Assembly: GCF_055900595.2 (NCBI RefSeq)
Contig: NZ_CM148325.1
DNA: 64,000 nt
Reading direction: 5' to 3' (one strand)
Under the pieces are notes generated by a model. It was not told the DNA's origin. It made no database searches and saw nothing but the letters and a program-made list of their open reading frames with translations. Below are positions 38,892-50,820 of this stretch, piece after piece. The translations under genes were made by a program, and so were the position numbers. Position 1 is the stretch's first letter. Each line of letters starts with the position of its first letter.

Positions 38892-40175
38892 TTACCGTTT
38901 GTAATCGATGGCTTCCGGCTGCTCCAGATACACGGTGGTTTGTGCCGGTTGCGTGGTGGCAATCACCTTACCACCACGTACCGAATAGCGTACCGGAACC
39001 TGACGGCGCAGCGCATCAAACCCATTTTCAGCCGGCAGGATAATCAGGTTAGCGCTGTTTCCGGCGACTATGCCGTAATCCTGCAAATTCAACGTCCTGG
39101 CGCTATGGTGGGTGATTAAATTCAGGCCGTCGTTAATCTGCCCGTAGCCCATCAACTGACAAACATGCAGCCCCATATGCAGCACTTGCAGCATATTCGC
39201 CGTTCCCAGTGGATACCACGGATCGAAGACATCATCGTGACCAAAGCAGACGTTAATGCCGGACTCCAGCATCTCTTTAACGCGCGTAATACCGCGACGT
39301 TTTGGATACGTATCGAAACGCCCTTGTAGATGAATATTGACCAGCGGGTTGGCGACAAAGTTAATACCGGACATTTTCAGCAAACGGAACAGGCGCGAGG
39401 TATACGCCCCGTTATAGGAGTGCATTGCCGTGGTGTGGCTGGCGGTGACTCGCGCGCCCATGCCTTCACGGTGAGCCAGGGCGGCAACGGTTTCGACAAA
39501 GCGCGACTGTTCGTCATCGATCTCATCACAGTGAACATCGATGAGACGGTCGTATTTTTGCGCCAGGGCGAAGGTTTTATGCAGCGACTCCACGCCATAT
39601 TCACGGGTAAATTCAAAATGCGGAATCGCCCCCACTACGTCAGCCCCTAAGCGTAACGCCTCTTCCAGCAACGCTTCACCGTTGGGATACGACAAAATCC
39701 CTTCCTGCGGGAAGGCGACGATTTGCAGATCAATCCACGGCGCGACTTCCTGCTTCACTTCCAGCATCGCTTTTAGCGCAGTCAGGGTTGCATCCGAAAC
39801 ATCGACATGGGTACGCACATGCTGAATGCCGTTGGCAATCTGCCATTTCAGCGTTTGCCATGCGCGTTGTTTCACATCGTCATGGGTTAATAACGCTTTG
39901 CGCTCGGCCCAGCGTTCAATGCCTTCAAACAGCGTGCCGGACTGATTCCAGTTCGGTTGCCCGGCGGTTTGCGTGGTATCCAGGTGAATATGCGGCTCCA
40001 CAAACGGCGGTAAAACTAAACCTTGCTCGGCATCCAGGCTGTTTTCTGTTACGGGCATCACGCCGGATTGCGCATCAATGGCGCTGATTTTTCCGTCCTG
40101 CAGATGAATCTGCCACAGCCCCTCTTTGCCAGGTAACCGGGCGTTAATAATTGTTTGTAAAGCGTTATTCGACAC
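38892..40175 (-). CDS. codA: Cytosine deaminase
   Basis: ORF 38892-40190; GTG start at [25 protein letters not shown]... giving 427 aa; 11-bp overlap with codB. Confidence 0.93.
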   Translation of the reverse strand: MSNNALQTIINARLPGKEGLWQIHLQDGKISAIDAQSGVMPVTENSLDAEQGLVLPPFVEPHIHLDTTQTAGQPNWNQSGTLFEGIERWAERKALLTHDDVKQRAWQTLKWQIANGIQHVRTHVDVSDATLTALKAMLEVKQEVAPWIDLQIVAFPQEGILSYPNGEALLEEALRLGADVVGAIPHFEFTREYGVESLHKTFALAQKYDRLIDVHCDEIDDEQSRFVETVAALAHREGMGARVTASHTTAMHSYNGAYTSRLFRLLKMSGINFVANPLVNIHLQGRFDTYPKRRGITRVKEMLESGINVCFGHDDVFDPWYPLGTANMLQVLHMGLHVCQLMGYGQINDGLNLITHHSARTLNLQDYGIVAGNSANLIILPAENGFDALRRQVPVRYSVRGGKVIATTQPAQTTVYLEQPEAIDYKR

Positions 40176-41424
40176 TGTTAGCCTCCACATGCGTCATTGC
40201 TGCTGTCGTTTTACGATTCAAAATCGGGTTAAGGATCAGATAGCTCAGCGCACCACCTAATACCGCGTTGACAGGAACAATACCCGGTAACCAGTGGCCT
40301 GCGGCAATCCCCAGCGCGACCGCCAGAATCGCCACCCAATTGACACTCATCATACGCGTGGTCGCAAAGTGCTCATAGCGGCGACGGTTCATCAGATAGT
40401 CGGCGATGATCACGCCACCCACCGGAGGAATAGCAGCCGAAAGGAAGGTTAGCCAGCCGACAAAATTGTTATACAGCCATAGTGCGCAGACCGTGCCGAT
40501 AATACCGTTGATTACTGAAAGAGTTTTGCTCGACATACCGGTAATGTTGGCGAAACCTAAACCCGACGCATAGAGTGCGTTATCGTTGGTGGTCCAGATA
40601 TTCAGCCCCAGCACCACAATCGCAGGCAGCAGCAGGCCCTGAGCAATCATCACATCAGAGATATCCGCCATCCCCAGTGCTGCAGCGCCCGCTGCACCGA
40701 AAATAAACATCAACGAGTTGCCGAGGAAAAAGGCCACCATCGCCACCAGCACCGCCAGTTTGGCATTGCGACCAAAGCGGACAAAGTCAGCGGTGAGCGT
40801 GCCCGCGCTGATAAATGACCCCACAACCAGCGCCAGCGCGACATTGAAATCTAACGGTTGTGCGGGAACGACCGCTTTTAATGCGTCCAGGCCGCCCATG
40901 CCGTTAACGGCCAGCCACACGGAATAACCGCCAAGACAGGCGATAGCCGGAACCGCAATCACCGAAAGAACTGTCAGCGCCGAAATGCCAAAGAAGACGG
41001 TGACGGTCATCAGTAAACCGGAAACGGCAATCAGCAAATTAATATCCAGCCCGGTTGCCTTGCCCACCGGAATAGCAAACATCGCCACGCCAACGCCAAA
41101 CCAGCCAACCTGAGTGCCGCCCAGCAGCAGTGAAGGCAACCATGAGCCTTTAACACCAAACGAGAAGCGAGCAAGAAGATGAGTGGTCAGGCCGGTTTTT
41201 GCGCCAATGTAACCAAGAAATGAAGTGTAAATACCGAGGAGAAGATTACCGATGAGGACTGCGAGGAAGAAATCATGATAGCTAAGACCGGTTCCGAGAG
41301 TGCCGCCGGTCCACATACTGGCGGAAAAGAAGGTTAATCCCAGCATGACGAACGTCAATGCCAATACCCCTTTCCGCGCCGACTGCGGGACTGGCCCCTG
41401 GCTAAAGTTGTTATCTTGCGACAC
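40165..41424 (-). CDS. codB: Cytosine permease
   Basis: 419 aa [30 protein letters not shown]... Confidence 0.94.
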   Translation of the reverse strand: MSQDNNFSQGPVPQSARKGVLALTFVMLGLTFFSASMWTGGTLGTGLSYHDFFLAVLIGNLLLGIYTSFLGYIGAKTGLTTHLLARFSFGVKGSWLPSLLLGGTQVGWFGVGVAMFAIPVGKATGLDINLLIAVSGLLMTVTVFFGISALTVLSVIAVPAIACLGGYSVWLAVNGMGGLDALKAVVPAQPLDFNVALALVVGSFISAGTLTADFVRFGRNAKLAVLVAMVAFFLGNSLMFIFGAAGAAALGMADISDVMIAQGLLLPAIVVLGLNIWTTNDNALYASGLGFANITGMSSKTLSVINGIIGTVCALWLYNNFVGWLTFLSAAIPPVGGVIIADYLMNRRRYEHFATTRMMSVNWVAILAVALGIAAGHWLPGIVPVNAVLGGALSYLILNPILNRKTTAAMTHVEANSVE

Positions 41425-41584
41425 GAAATTCCCCCTTTTTGCTGTTTGAAACCCAAAAAATCCGCCGCATTCTATTCATCTGAAGATAAAAAGCAATCGT
41501 TTTCGTGGGGGAATATATTTTTTATATGAATGAGTGCAAAAAGGTGGGGGAAAAATTATCGGTGTAAAAACAGTGGGTAGGCAT

Positions 41585-41658
41585 AATAAGACGCGGTAAG
41601 CGTCGCATCAGGCATCGGCGCATGGTGTCGGATGCGCCACACGACACATCCGACAATA
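41585..41658. repeat. REP-like palindromes downstream of prpE
   Basis: GCGTCGCATCAGGCATCGGCGCA and GTGTCGGATG...CATCCGACA hairpin just 3' of the prpE stop. Confidence 0.6.
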
Positions 41659-41660
41659 CC

Positions 41661-43547
41661 TTACTCTTCCATCGCCTGGCGGATCTGATCCAACGACGCA
41701 GGATCATCAATAGTCGTCAGATCTCCCGGATCGCGTCCTTCACAAATCGCCTGGATCGTGCGGCGCAGCATTTTTCCGGATCGCGTTTTCGGTAATTGCG
41801 AGACAAACCAGACGTGCGCCGGGCGACCAAAGTTGCCAATCTGGCTGTCTACCAGCGCCATAATCGCCTTCTCTTGCGAGTGCGCCACCTCACGGTCTTC
41901 AAGACTGTCGCTTTCTTTCGGAATGACAAACGCCACCGCCACCTGCCCTTTCAGCGCATCTTTCACCCCAACCACCGCCACTTCAGCAACGTCCGGATGA
42001 CTGGAGATACTCTCTTCAATCTCGCGTGTGCCAAGCCGATGCCCGGCAACATTAATCACATCGTCAGTGCGCCCGAGAATAAAGTGATAACCGTCAGCAT
42101 CGCGGATGCCCCAGTCAAAGGTGGCGTACACCGGACGGGAAAACAGCGACCAGTACGTCTTCACAAAACGGTCGTCGTCGCCCCAGATGGTCTGAATACA
42201 GCCCGGCGGCAATGGCCCTTCCACCACCAACATCCCTTTCTCATTGACGCCGCACGGTTCGCCGGTGACTTCATTGAGCAACTGCACGTTGTATCCATAC
42301 ATCGGCACGCCGGGGCTTCCCAGACGTGTCGGCCTGTCGTCCAGACCGCGAGCAATCGCCATAATCGGCCAGCCGGATTCGGTCTGCCAGTAGTTGTCGA
42401 TGACCGGCACATCCAGCGTATTGCTCACCCAACTGGCAGTCGGCTCATCCAGCGGTTCTCCCGCCAGATAGAGCACTTCCAGCGACGAGAGATCGTGTTT
42501 GCGAATTTCAGCGGTAGGGAATTTTTTCAGCACGCGGATGGCGGTCGGCGCTGAGAACATCCGGCTCACCTGATATTTCTCGACGATTTTCCACCACACA
42601 CCGCAGTCAGGATAAGTCGGCAATCCTTCGTAAACGATAGTCGCCATCCCCGCCAGCAGCGGCGCGTAGACGATATACGAATGCCCAACTACCCAGCCGA
42701 TATCCGACGCACAGAAGAACACACCGCCCGCTTTACCGCCAAAAATGGTGTCCATTGAGGTCGCCAGCGCCACCGCATAACCGCCGACGTCACGCTGTAC
42801 ACCTTTTGGTTTGCCGGTCGTGCCGGAGGTGTAGAGAATGCAGGAGGTTTCGTTGGATTCCAGCCACGCCACCGGTACCCGCGCACCGATGTGTTGATGG
42901 CGCAACGACGCGAAATCGACATCCCGCCCGCTGACGCGCGCCATTTTCGCCAGCCCGCGATCCACCAGCAAAACATGGCGCGGTTGATGCTGCGCCTGGC
43001 TTATCGCATCGTCGAGCAATTTTTTATAGGGAATGATTTTGCCACCGCGCGCTCCGGCATCTGCCGAGACAATCAGCACCGGTTTAGCGTCATCAATCCG
43101 CGCAGCCACGCTGTGCGAGGCAAATCCACCAAACACTACCGAGTGAATAGCGCCAATGCGCGCGCAGGCCAGCAGGGTAATATGCGCTTCGGCAATCATC
43201 GGCATATACACCAGCACCCGATCGCCACGCCGTACGCCCAGTGAGCGCAGCATTGACGCCACCGCGTTCACTTCGTCATGCAACTGGCGAAAGGTAAAGA
43301 TGCGCTCTTCTTCTGTTTCCGAAGAGACGGCAATTAATGCCAGCGCCTCTGGCTGTTTCTCCAGCCAGCGGTCGATGGCGTTGTGGCACAAATTGGTTCG
43401 GCCTTCACAAAACCAACGGGCAAACGGCGGATTGCTGTGATCGAGCGTTTGCGTAAAGGGCGTCTGCCAGTCAATACGCCGGGCCTGCTCGGCCCAGAAT
43501 TGCTCCGGTTCGTTAATCGAACGCTGATAAAATTCGCTAAAAGACAT
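41661..43547 (-). CDS. prpE: Propionyl-CoA synthetase
   Basis: 628 aa acyl-CoA synthetase MSFSEFYQRSINEPEQFWAEQARRIDWQTPF... Confidence 0.93.
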   Translation of the reverse strand: MSFSEFYQRSINEPEQFWAEQARRIDWQTPFTQTLDHSNPPFARWFCEGRTNLCHNAIDRWLEKQPEALALIAVSSETEEERIFTFRQLHDEVNAVASMLRSLGVRRGDRVLVYMPMIAEAHITLLACARIGAIHSVVFGGFASHSVAARIDDAKPVLIVSADAGARGGKIIPYKKLLDDAISQAQHQPRHVLLVDRGLAKMARVSGRDVDFASLRHQHIGARVPVAWLESNETSCILYTSGTTGKPKGVQRDVGGYAVALATSMDTIFGGKAGGVFFCASDIGWVVGHSYIVYAPLLAGMATIVYEGLPTYPDCGVWWKIVEKYQVSRMFSAPTAIRVLKKFPTAEIRKHDLSSLEVLYLAGEPLDEPTASWVSNTLDVPVIDNYWQTESGWPIMAIARGLDDRPTRLGSPGVPMYGYNVQLLNEVTGEPCGVNEKGMLVVEGPLPPGCIQTIWGDDDRFVKTYWSLFSRPVYATFDWGIRDADGYHFILGRTDDVINVAGHRLGTREIEESISSHPDVAEVAVVGVKDALKGQVAVAFVIPKESDSLEDREVAHSQEKAIMALVDSQIGNFGRPAHVWFVSQLPKTRSGKMLRRTIQAICEGRDPGDLTTIDDPASLDQIRQAMEE

Positions 43548-43586
43548 AATGCTCTCCTGTTGAACTTACGCCTTACCGCCGTTTAC

Positions 43587-45038
43587 TTAAATGACGTACA
43601 GGTCGAGATACTCATTGACCGGCATCTGTTCCAGGCGAGCTCTGTCGAGAGAAACCTCCAGAATGCGCTGCTGTTGGCGAGTCGGGAACTGGCGCGCGAG
43701 ATTGATTTTGAATTTATCCACCAGTTTTGGAATACCATCCTGACGGCGGCGAGCATGACCAATTGGGTACTCCACCACCACTTCTTCAAATCGCGTGCCG
43801 TCGGTGAACTCAAGGGTTATGGCATTGGCGATGGCGCGTTTTTCCGGGTCGTGGTAGTCAGCGGTAAATGCCGGATCTTCAAAGCAATTGATCTTCTCGC
43901 GCAGGGCGTCGATGCGTTTATCTTGCGCAACGTTGTCTTCGTAATCTGCCGCCGTTAAGCGCCCGAATAACAGCGGGATCGCCACCATGTACTGAATGCA
44001 GTGGTCGCGGTCAGCCGGGTTATTGAGCGGCCCTTTTTTGTCGATGATGCGAATACAGGCTTCGTGGGTGCGAATGGTCACTTTTTCGATATCCGCCGCC
44101 GTTTTGCCTGCTGCCTGCATCTGTTCATAGAGCGTCATCGCCGCTTCAACTGCCGTCTGAGAGTGGAACTCCGCCGGGAAGGAGATTTTGAACAGCACAT
44201 TCTCCATGACGTAAGAACCGTACGGACGCTGGAAGCGGAACGATTCACCTTTAAAGGAGACGTCGTAGAAGCCCCATACCGGCGCGGTCAGGGCTGACGG
44301 GTAACCCATTTCGCCCGTTTTCGCCATCAGTGCCAGACGTACCGCGCGGGACGTGGCATCGCCCGCCGCCCAGGATTTACGCGTGCCGGTGTTCGGCGCA
44401 TGGCGATAGGTGCGCAGCGACTGACCGTCCACCCACGCCAGCGAAACAGCGTTGAGAATTTCCTCGCGGGTCAGGCCAAGCATTTCGGCGACCACGGCGG
44501 TGGAAGCCACTTTCACTAACAGAACGTGGTCGAGGCCAACGCGGTTAAAGGAGTTTTCCAGCGCGATGCAGCCCTGAATTTCATGGGCTTTGATCATTCC
44601 GGTTAGCACCTGTTTCATGGTCAACGGCGCTTTGCCGCTGGCGACCGCGTTGCGCGAAAGCCAGTCCGCCGTTGCCAGAATGCCGCCGAGGTTGTCGGAA
44701 GGATGGCCCCACTCCGCCGCCAGCCAGGTATCGTTGAAATCGAGCCAGCGGATCATCGCGCCAATGTTAAATGCCGCCTGGACGGGGTCGAGCTGGAACT
44801 GAGTTCCGGGAACGCGCACGCCGTTAGGTACGACGATGCCAGGAACAATTGGCCCCAGCAGTTTTTTACAGGCCGGGTATTCGAGAGCTTCAAGACCGCA
44901 GCCGAGGGTGTCGAGCAGGCAGTAATGTGCGGTGTCGTAGGCTACTTTGGAGCTAATTTCGTAGTTCATGACGTAATCGACAATATCAATAATTTCGCGG
45001 TCGAATTCCGGGCGGATGTTGTTGATTTGAGCTGACAT
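43587..45038 (-). CDS. prpD: 2-methylcitrate dehydratase
   Basis: 483 aa [23 protein letters not shown]... Confidence 0.93.
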   Translation of the reverse strand: MSAQINNIRPEFDREIIDIVDYVMNYEISSKVAYDTAHYCLLDTLGCGLEALEYPACKKLLGPIVPGIVVPNGVRVPGTQFQLDPVQAAFNIGAMIRWLDFNDTWLAAEWGHPSDNLGGILATADWLSRNAVASGKAPLTMKQVLTGMIKAHEIQGCIALENSFNRVGLDHVLLVKVASTAVVAEMLGLTREEILNAVSLAWVDGQSLRTYRHAPNTGTRKSWAAGDATSRAVRLALMAKTGEMGYPSALTAPVWGFYDVSFKGESFRFQRPYGSYVMENVLFKISFPAEFHSQTAVEAAMTLYEQMQAAGKTAADIEKVTIRTHEACIRIIDKKGPLNNPADRDHCIQYMVAIPLLFGRLTAADYEDNVAQDKRIDALREKINCFEDPAFTADYHDPEKRAIANAITLEFTDGTRFEEVVVEYPIGHARRRQDGIPKLVDKFKINLARQFPTRQQQRILEVSLDRARLEQMPVNEYLDLYVI

Positions 45039-45071
45039 TGGGTACGTTTCCTTCTTGTTATTCGTAGAGGT

Positions 45072-46241
45072 TTACTGGCGCTTATCCAGCGCGACAAACT
45101 GGCGGTCTTCAGGGCCAACATAATTGGCGGAAGGACGGATAATTTTGTTGTCCTGACGTTGTTCGATAATGTGCGCCGCCCAGCCGGTGACGCGGGCGAT
45201 AACAAACAGTGGCGTGAACATCTCGGTGGGAACGCCCATCATGTTGTAGGAAACAGCGGAGAACCAGTCGAGATTGGGAAACATTTTTTTGCTCTCCCAC
45301 ATCACCGTTTCCAGGCGATCGGCGATGTTGTACATCTTCAGCGAGCCGCCTTCCTGCGAGAGCTGCTTCGCCACACGTTTGATCACCTGATGACGCGGGT
45401 CGGCGATGGTATAAACCGGATGGCCAAAACCAATCACCACTTCTTTGTTTTCAACCCGCTTGCGGATATCGGCTTCGGCTTCGTCCGGCGTTTCGTAGCG
45501 TTGCTGGATCTCCAGCGACACTTCATTCGCCCCGCCGTGCTTCGGCCCGCGCAGTGCACCAATCGCGCCAATAATCGCGGAATACATATCAGAGCCGGTG
45601 CCCGCAATCACCCGGCTGGTAAAGGTGGAGGCGTTAAACTCGTGTTCGGCGTACAGCACCAGCGAAATATGCATCGCCTTTTCCCAGCTTTGCGACGGCT
45701 TTTCGCCATGCAGCAGATGCAGGAAGTGACCGCCGATGGAATCGTCATCGGTTTCCGGCTGGATGCGTTCGCCGTTGTGGCTGTAGTGATACCAGTAGAG
45801 AAGAATCGAGCTCAGCGACGCTAATAATTTGTCGGCAATATCCCGCGCGCCAGAGACGGTATGCCCCTCTTTTTCTGGCAGCGTGCAGCCGAGCGCGGAA
45901 ACGCCGGTGCGCATGACATCCATCGGATGCGACGCCGCTGGTAAGGCTTCCAGCACGGTACGCACGTTAGCCGGTAAACCGCGCAGGGCTTTCAGTTTTG
46001 TTTTGTAGGCGGCGAGTTCGTCACGGGTCGGCAGTTTGCCGTGGATCAGCAGATGCGCCACTTCTTCAAATTCGCAATGTTCCGCCAGGTCAAGAATATC
46101 GTAGCCGCGGTAATGCAGGTCATTGCCACTTTTACCCACGGTGCAGAGCGCCGTATTGCCCGCCGGAACGCCAGAAAGTGCCACAGATTTTTTCGGTTTA
46201 ATGACATGGGTACTGTTTTGCAGGATCGTTGTGTCGCTCAT
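45072..46241 (-). CDS. prpC: 2-methylcitrate synthase
   Basis: 389 aa citrate-synthase-family protein. Confidence 0.93.
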   Translation of the reverse strand: MSDTTILQNSTHVIKPKKSVALSGVPAGNTALCTVGKSGNDLHYRGYDILDLAEHCEFEEVAHLLIHGKLPTRDELAAYKTKLKALRGLPANVRTVLEALPAASHPMDVMRTGVSALGCTLPEKEGHTVSGARDIADKLLASLSSILLYWYHYSHNGERIQPETDDDSIGGHFLHLLHGEKPSQSWEKAMHISLVLYAEHEFNASTFTSRVIAGTGSDMYSAIIGAIGALRGPKHGGANEVSLEIQQRYETPDEAEADIRKRVENKEVVIGFGHPVYTIADPRHQVIKRVAKQLSQEGGSLKMYNIADRLETVMWESKKMFPNLDWFSAVSYNMMGVPTEMFTPLFVIARVTGWAAHIIEQRQDNKIIRPSANYVGPEDRQFVALDKRQ

Positions 46242-46285
46242 GTTGTCCTCGTCATTTGTAGGGTCGAGATATTTTTCGTTGTGTT

Positions 46286-47176
46286 TTATTTCGTCTGGCT
46301 ACGGGCAAACAGGTCGTCGAGCTTTTCTTCGTACTGGTAGTAGTTAATGCTTTCATACAGCTCGTTGCGGGTCTGCATGGTGTCGATGACGCTTTTCTGC
46401 GTGCCTTCCTGGCGCAGGACGTTGTAGACATGTTCAGCGGCGCGGTTCATTGCGCGGAAAGCAGAAAGGGGATACAGCGCCATTGCGACATGGGCGCTGC
46501 GTAATTCGTCGGTGGTAAACAGCGGCGTGGCACCAAATTCAGTAATGTTGGCAAGGATCGGCACCTGCACCGCATCGGCAAACTGGCGGTACATGGCGAG
46601 TTCGGTAATTGCTTCCGGGAACAACATCTCGGCACCCGCTTCAACATAGGCCTGCGCACGCTCGATCGCCGCATCCAGCCCCTCTACCGCCAGCGCATCG
46701 GTGCGCGCCATGATCACAAAATCAGGATCGGTTTTCGCATCCACCGCCGCGCGGATCCGATCCACCATCTCTTCTTTCGAGACGATCGCTTTGTTCGGGC
46801 GATGACCGCAGCGTTTTGCTCCAACCTGATCTTCAATATGTAAGCCCGCCGCACCGGCTTTAATCATCGATTTCACGGTGCGGGCAACGTTAAAGGCCGA
46901 AGAGCCAAAACCGATATCCGCATCCACCAGCAGCGGCAGCGAGCAGACGTCGGTGATACGACGAATATCAGTCAACACATCATCAAGAGTAGAAATACCG
47001 AGATCCGGCAACCCCAGCGAACCTGCCGCCACACCACCGCCGGAGAGATAAATCGCCTGATATCCGGCACGCTGCGCCAGCAGCGCATGGTTGGCGTTAA
47101 TGGTGCCGACAATCTGCAATGGATTTTCTTTAGACAGTGCAGCGCGAAACGCTTTACCTGGAGAGTGTAGAGACAT
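46286..47176 (-). CDS. prpB: 2-methylisocitrate lyase
   Basis: 296 aa [28 protein letters not shown]... Confidence 0.93.
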   Translation of the reverse strand: MSLHSPGKAFRAALSKENPLQIVGTINANHALLAQRAGYQAIYLSGGGVAAGSLGLPDLGISTLDDVLTDIRRITDVCSLPLLVDADIGFGSSAFNVARTVKSMIKAGAAGLHIEDQVGAKRCGHRPNKAIVSKEEMVDRIRAAVDAKTDPDFVIMARTDALAVEGLDAAIERAQAYVEAGAEMLFPEAITELAMYRQFADAVQVPILANITEFGATPLFTTDELRSAHVAMALYPLSAFRAMNRAAEHVYNVLRQEGTQKSVIDTMQTRNELYESINYYQYEEKLDDLFARSQTK

Positions 47177-47222
47177 AGCCCATCCTTTGTTATCAACTTG
47201 TTATTTACGTTGATAAACTCAA

Positions 47223-47238
47223 AGCAAGGGGTGTGCCA
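47223..47238 (-). promoter_or_regulatory. sigma54 promoter for prpBCDE: TGGCAC-ACCCC-TTGCT on the minus strand
   Basis: Perfect match to the -24/-12 consensus TGGCAC-N5-TTGCW, about 47 bp upstream of the prpB ATG. Confidence 0.8.
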
Positions 47239-47313
47239 CAATTACCTGGATGAAATTAAATGTTATATTTCAATTTGTTATAGATAAAGCCATGAAGTAA
47301 TCCGCAAATATGC

Positions 47314-47371
47314 GTTTCAGTTAACGTTTCAGGCAATGTTTCACTGCGTTTCATTGCAACAATTATGAAAC
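47314..47371. promoter_or_regulatory. Array of GTTTCA hexamers (four direct, one inverted as TGAAAC): candidate PrpR enhancer
   Basis: GTTTCA at about 47314, 47326, 47338, 47348 with 10-12 bp spacing and TGAAAC at 47366; sits 75-135 bp upstream of the sigma54 promoter. Confidence 0.4.
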
Positions 47372-47414
47372 AAGACTAAACCCAATATTCGGTTTCTTAA
47401 CTTTGCGGTGCGCT

Positions 47415-49001
47415 ATGGCACATCCACCACGGCTGAATGACGACAAACCGGTTATCTGGACGGTATCTGTAACGCGGCTGTTCGAGCTGTTTCGCGATAT
47501 CAGTCTCGAGTTTGATCACCTGGCGAATATCACCCCTATTCAGCTTGGCTTTGAAAAAGCGGTGACCTACATCCGCAAAAAACTGGCCAGCGAACGCTGC
47601 GACGCCATCATTGCCGCTGGCTCTAACGGTGCGTACCTGAAAAGCCGCCTGTCGGTACCGGTGATTCTGATAAAACCGAGTGGCTACGATGTGTTACAGG
47701 CGCTGGCAAAAGCCGGAAAACTCACCTCTTCTATCGGCGTTGTCACCTATCAGGAAACCATTCCGGCACTGGTAGCGTTTCAAAAAACCTTTAATTTGCG
47801 CCTCGACCAACGTAGCTACATTACCGAAGAAGACGCACGCGGGCAGATTAACGAGCTAAAAGCTAACGGCACCGAAGCGGTGGTCGGTGCGGGGCTGATT
47901 ACCGATCTGGCAGAAGAAGCCGGAATGACCGGAATTTTTATTTATTCCGCCGCCACCGTGCGCCAGGCGTTCAGCGATGCGCTGGATATGACGCGCATGT
48001 CGTTACGCCATAACACTCACGATGCCACCCGCAACGCCCTGCGTACTCGTTACGTGCTGGGCGATATGCTCGGTCAATCACCACAGATGGAACAGGTACG
48101 GCAGACTATTTTGCTGTATGCCCGCTCCAGTGCGGCGGTGTTGATTGAAGGGGAAACGGGGACGGGCAAAGAGCTGGCGGCCCAGGCGATTCATCGGGAA
48201 TATTTTGCCCGCCACGATGCGCGACAGGGCAAAAAGTCGCATCCGTTTGTTGCCGTCAACTGCGGGGCGATTGCTGAATCTCTGCTGGAAGCGGAGCTGT
48301 TTGGCTATGAGGAAGGAGCGTTTACCGGCTCGCGACGCGGAGGACGCGCCGGGCTGTTTGAAATCGCCCACGGTGGCACGCTGTTTCTTGACGAGATAGG
48401 CGAAATGCCGCTGCCGTTGCAGACCCGGCTACTGCGGGTGCTGGAAGAAAAAGAGGTCACTCGCGTCGGCGGGCATCAGCCTGTTCCGGTGGATGTGCGG
48501 GTTATTAGCGCCACTCACTGCAATCTCGAAGAGGATATGCAGCAAGGGCGTTTTCGCCGTGATCTGTTTTATCGACTGAGTATTTTGCGTCTGCAATTGC
48601 CGCCGCTACGCGAGCGGGTGGCGGATATTCTGCCGCTGGCGGAAAGCTTTTTGAAAGTGTCACTGGCGGCACTTACTGCGCCTTTTTCTTCCGCGTTACG
48701 TCAGGGATTACAGGCAAGTGAAACTGTGCTATTGCGCTACAACTGGCCGGGAAATATTCGTGAACTGCGCAATATGATGGAACGACTGGCGCTATTTTTA
48801 AGTGTGGAACCAACGCCGGATTTAACGCCGCAATTTTTGCAGTTGCTACTGCCGGAACTGGCGCGCGAGTCGGAGGAAACTCCCGCTCCACGTTTACTGA
48901 CGCCACAACAGGCACTGGAGAAATTTAATGGCGATAAAACTGCCGCGGCCAATTATTTAGGTATCAGCCGAACGACATTCTGGCGGCGGCTGAAAAACTG
49001 A
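47415..49001 (+). CDS. prpR: Sigma54-dependent transcriptional activator of the prp operon
   Basis: ORF 47403-49001; start set at [22 protein letters not shown]... giving 528 aa; AAA+ sigma54-interaction domain ([14 protein letters not shown]) and C-terminal HTH. Confidence 0.92.
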   Translation: MAHPPRLNDDKPVIWTVSVTRLFELFRDISLEFDHLANITPIQLGFEKAVTYIRKKLASERCDAIIAAGSNGAYLKSRLSVPVILIKPSGYDVLQALAKAGKLTSSIGVVTYQETIPALVAFQKTFNLRLDQRSYITEEDARGQINELKANGTEAVVGAGLITDLAEEAGMTGIFIYSAATVRQAFSDALDMTRMSLRHNTHDATRNALRTRYVLGDMLGQSPQMEQVRQTILLYARSSAAVLIEGETGTGKELAAQAIHREYFARHDARQGKKSHPFVAVNCGAIAESLLEAELFGYEEGAFTGSRRGGRAGLFEIAHGGTLFLDEIGEMPLPLQTRLLRVLEEKEVTRVGGHQPVPVDVRVISATHCNLEEDMQQGRFRRDLFYRLSILRLQLPPLRERVADILPLAESFLKVSLAALTAPFSSALRQGLQASETVLLRYNWPGNIRELRNMMERLALFLSVEPTPDLTPQFLQLLLPELARESEETPAPRLLTPQQALEKFNGDKTAAANYLGISRTTFWRRLKN

Positions 49002-49004
49002 AAT

Positions 49005-49036
49005 GCCGAATCCAGCGCGAACGCCTTATCCGGCAT
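49005..49036. repeat. REP element between prpR and yahO
   Basis: GCCGAATCCAGCGCGAACGCCTTATCCGGCAT. Confidence 0.7.
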
Positions 49037-49098
49037 AAATTTCAATAGATGATCACCGATAAACTTACGCATCGGGCATGTTTACATGGGGTGCAGAA

Positions 49099-49374
49099 TT
49101 ATTTCTTCTTATAAATATTTGCCGTGCCGTGGATCTTATTGTCAGTTTGACCAGAGGTCAGCACCAACACATCTGCCCCTTTTTCATCCGCTTTTTTGAT
49201 CAGATCTTCTTTCGCATCTGCAGTCGACATTTCATTACTGGTTGAAATATCACCTATTTTTTCGTACTGCGATGCAACTTTTTCAAATTCCGCTTTGGTC
49301 ATTAATTCTGCGGCATAAACGTTGGTAACGGCAAACGCTAACGCACCGATTAACATTTTAGAGATTATTTTCAT
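49099..49374 (-). CDS. yahO: DUF1471-family periplasmic protein
   Basis: 91 aa with signal peptide [21 protein letters not shown]. Confidence 0.85.
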   Translation of the reverse strand: MKIISKMLIGALAFAVTNVYAAELMTKAEFEKVASQYEKIGDISTSNEMSTADAKEDLIKKADEKGADVLVLTSGQTDNKIHGTANIYKKK

Positions 49375-49558
49375 ATTACGGCTCCAGAGTTGTTATCAAA
49401 CTATCACCCACCCATATTATTGGGTTGATTAATAATTAGTTCAGTCAGGGCATAAACGCCAGTAACCGGAAATAAGACACTTTGTGATCTCTCTCGCATC
49501 CGATTACTTTTTGTAGAAATATGATGAAGTTACTTCACTTATTTATGGATCAAATCAC

Positions 49559-50191
49559 ATGGATCCCTTGCACGCCGTTTACCTGACCGTAGGACTGTTC
49601 GTGATGACTTTTTTTAATCCGGGAGCCAATCTTTTTGTGGTGGTACAAACCAGCCTGGCTTCCGGTCGACGCGCAGGAGTGCTGACCGGGTTGGGCGTGG
49701 CACTGGGCGATGCGTTTTATTCCGGGTTGGGTTTGTATGGTCTTGCGACACTCATTACGCAGTGTGAGGAGATTTTTTCGCTTATCAGAATCGTAGGCGG
49801 CGCTTATCTCTTATGGTTTGCGTGGTGCAGCATGCGCCGCCAGTCAACACCGCAAATAAGCACACTACAACAACCGATTAGCGCCCCCTGGTATGTCTTT
49901 TTTCGCCGTGGATTAATTACCGATCTCTCTAATCCACAGACCGTTTTATTTTTTATCAGTATTTTCTCAGTAACGTTAAATGCTGAAACACCAACTTGGG
50001 CACGTTTAATGGCCTGGACGGGAATTGTGTTCGCATCAATTATCTGGCGAGTCTTTCTTAGTCAGGCGTTTTCTTTGCCCGCTGTGCGTCGTGCTTATGG
50101 GCGTATGCAACGCGTTGCCAGTCGGGTTATTGGTGCAATTATTGGTGTATTCGCGCTACGCCTGATTTACGAAGGAGTAACACAGCGGTGA
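49559..50191 (+). CDS. yahN: LysE/RhtB-family amino-acid exporter
   Basis: 210 aa polytopic protein MDPLHAVYLTVGLFVMTFFNPGANLFVVVQTSLA... Confidence 0.85.
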   Translation: MDPLHAVYLTVGLFVMTFFNPGANLFVVVQTSLASGRRAGVLTGLGVALGDAFYSGLGLYGLATLITQCEEIFSLIRIVGGAYLLWFAWCSMRRQSTPQISTLQQPISAPWYVFFRRGLITDLSNPQTVLFFISIFSVTLNAETPTWARLMAWTGIVFASIIWRVFLSQAFSLPAVRRAYGRMQRVASRVIGAIIGVFALRLIYEGVTQR

Positions 50192-50316
50192 GCAGATAAT
50201 TTACTCTCTACGTAATCAACCTGATTTGCCGAATCCCGCTCATCGGCGATGATACCCCCCGTAATGCGTGGTCCTTATTTCCGATAAGTTTACTTGAGTC
50301 TTTAGCTTCCCATTTC

Positions 50317-50346
50317 AGCCCACTCTCCCCTGTGTGGGCTTTTTTC
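50317..50346 (+). terminator. Rho-independent terminator-like hairpin AGCCCAC-N10-GTGGGCT followed by TTTTTT
   Basis: 7-bp GC-rich stem plus T6 run on the plus strand, about 125 bp after the yahN stop. Confidence 0.5.
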
Positions 50347-50417
50347 ATTTGTCTGCTTCAGTGAGTAGCTGGCCATGCTCCATCCACTCTGCAAGGATGA
50401 TAATAAGAGGATCTGAT

Positions 50418-50600
50418 TCAGAAGAGTTTTGAAAAATTGGACCGCCATCGAGGCCTCGAACCCCGTACCATACAACAATCCTGGTTGTCGTCTGCTCTTC
50501 CTGATGAGCTAATGGCGGTTTGTGATATGAGCCTTACAGCATATTGTCTGTCAGGCTTGAGTGCGATGCGTAAGATACAGAAAAGACCCCACACAAACAT
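50418..50600 (-). CDS. Hypothetical small protein (60 aa) in a low-GC intergenic stretch
   Basis: Track ORF only; no recognisable motif; may correspond to the yahM position or be spurious. Confidence 0.2.
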   Translation of the reverse strand: MFVWGLFCILRIALKPDRQYAVRLISQTAISSSGRADDNQDCCMVRGSRPRWRSNFSKLF

Positions 50601-50820
50601 GATGGAATTATGATTTTTTTCATATGAATGTCAACCAACACATTCATAAAACACTCGCACAAGTTCACTTTTTAAGCAACATGACGCCGATCACAACAAA
50701 ATATCGGCGAAAAAGGAGGGTAAATGCCATTTGACGTAGAGATAAGCAGATGAAATGATTACCCGCTTTGCGATTCACTCTCTGATGGAATAACAAATTG
50801 GAGATGGAAAAGTTTCTAAA

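Noticed and set aside
50448-50466. tRNA T-arm-like sequence (GGTTCGAGG on the minus strand), a possible tRNA fragment or att site
   Set aside because: No acceptor or anticodon stem can be built around it and no integrase is nearby.
50500-50515. CUGAUGAG-like motif suggestive of a hammerhead ribozyme core
   Set aside because: No matching GAAA core or the required three-helix arrangement around it; probably chance.
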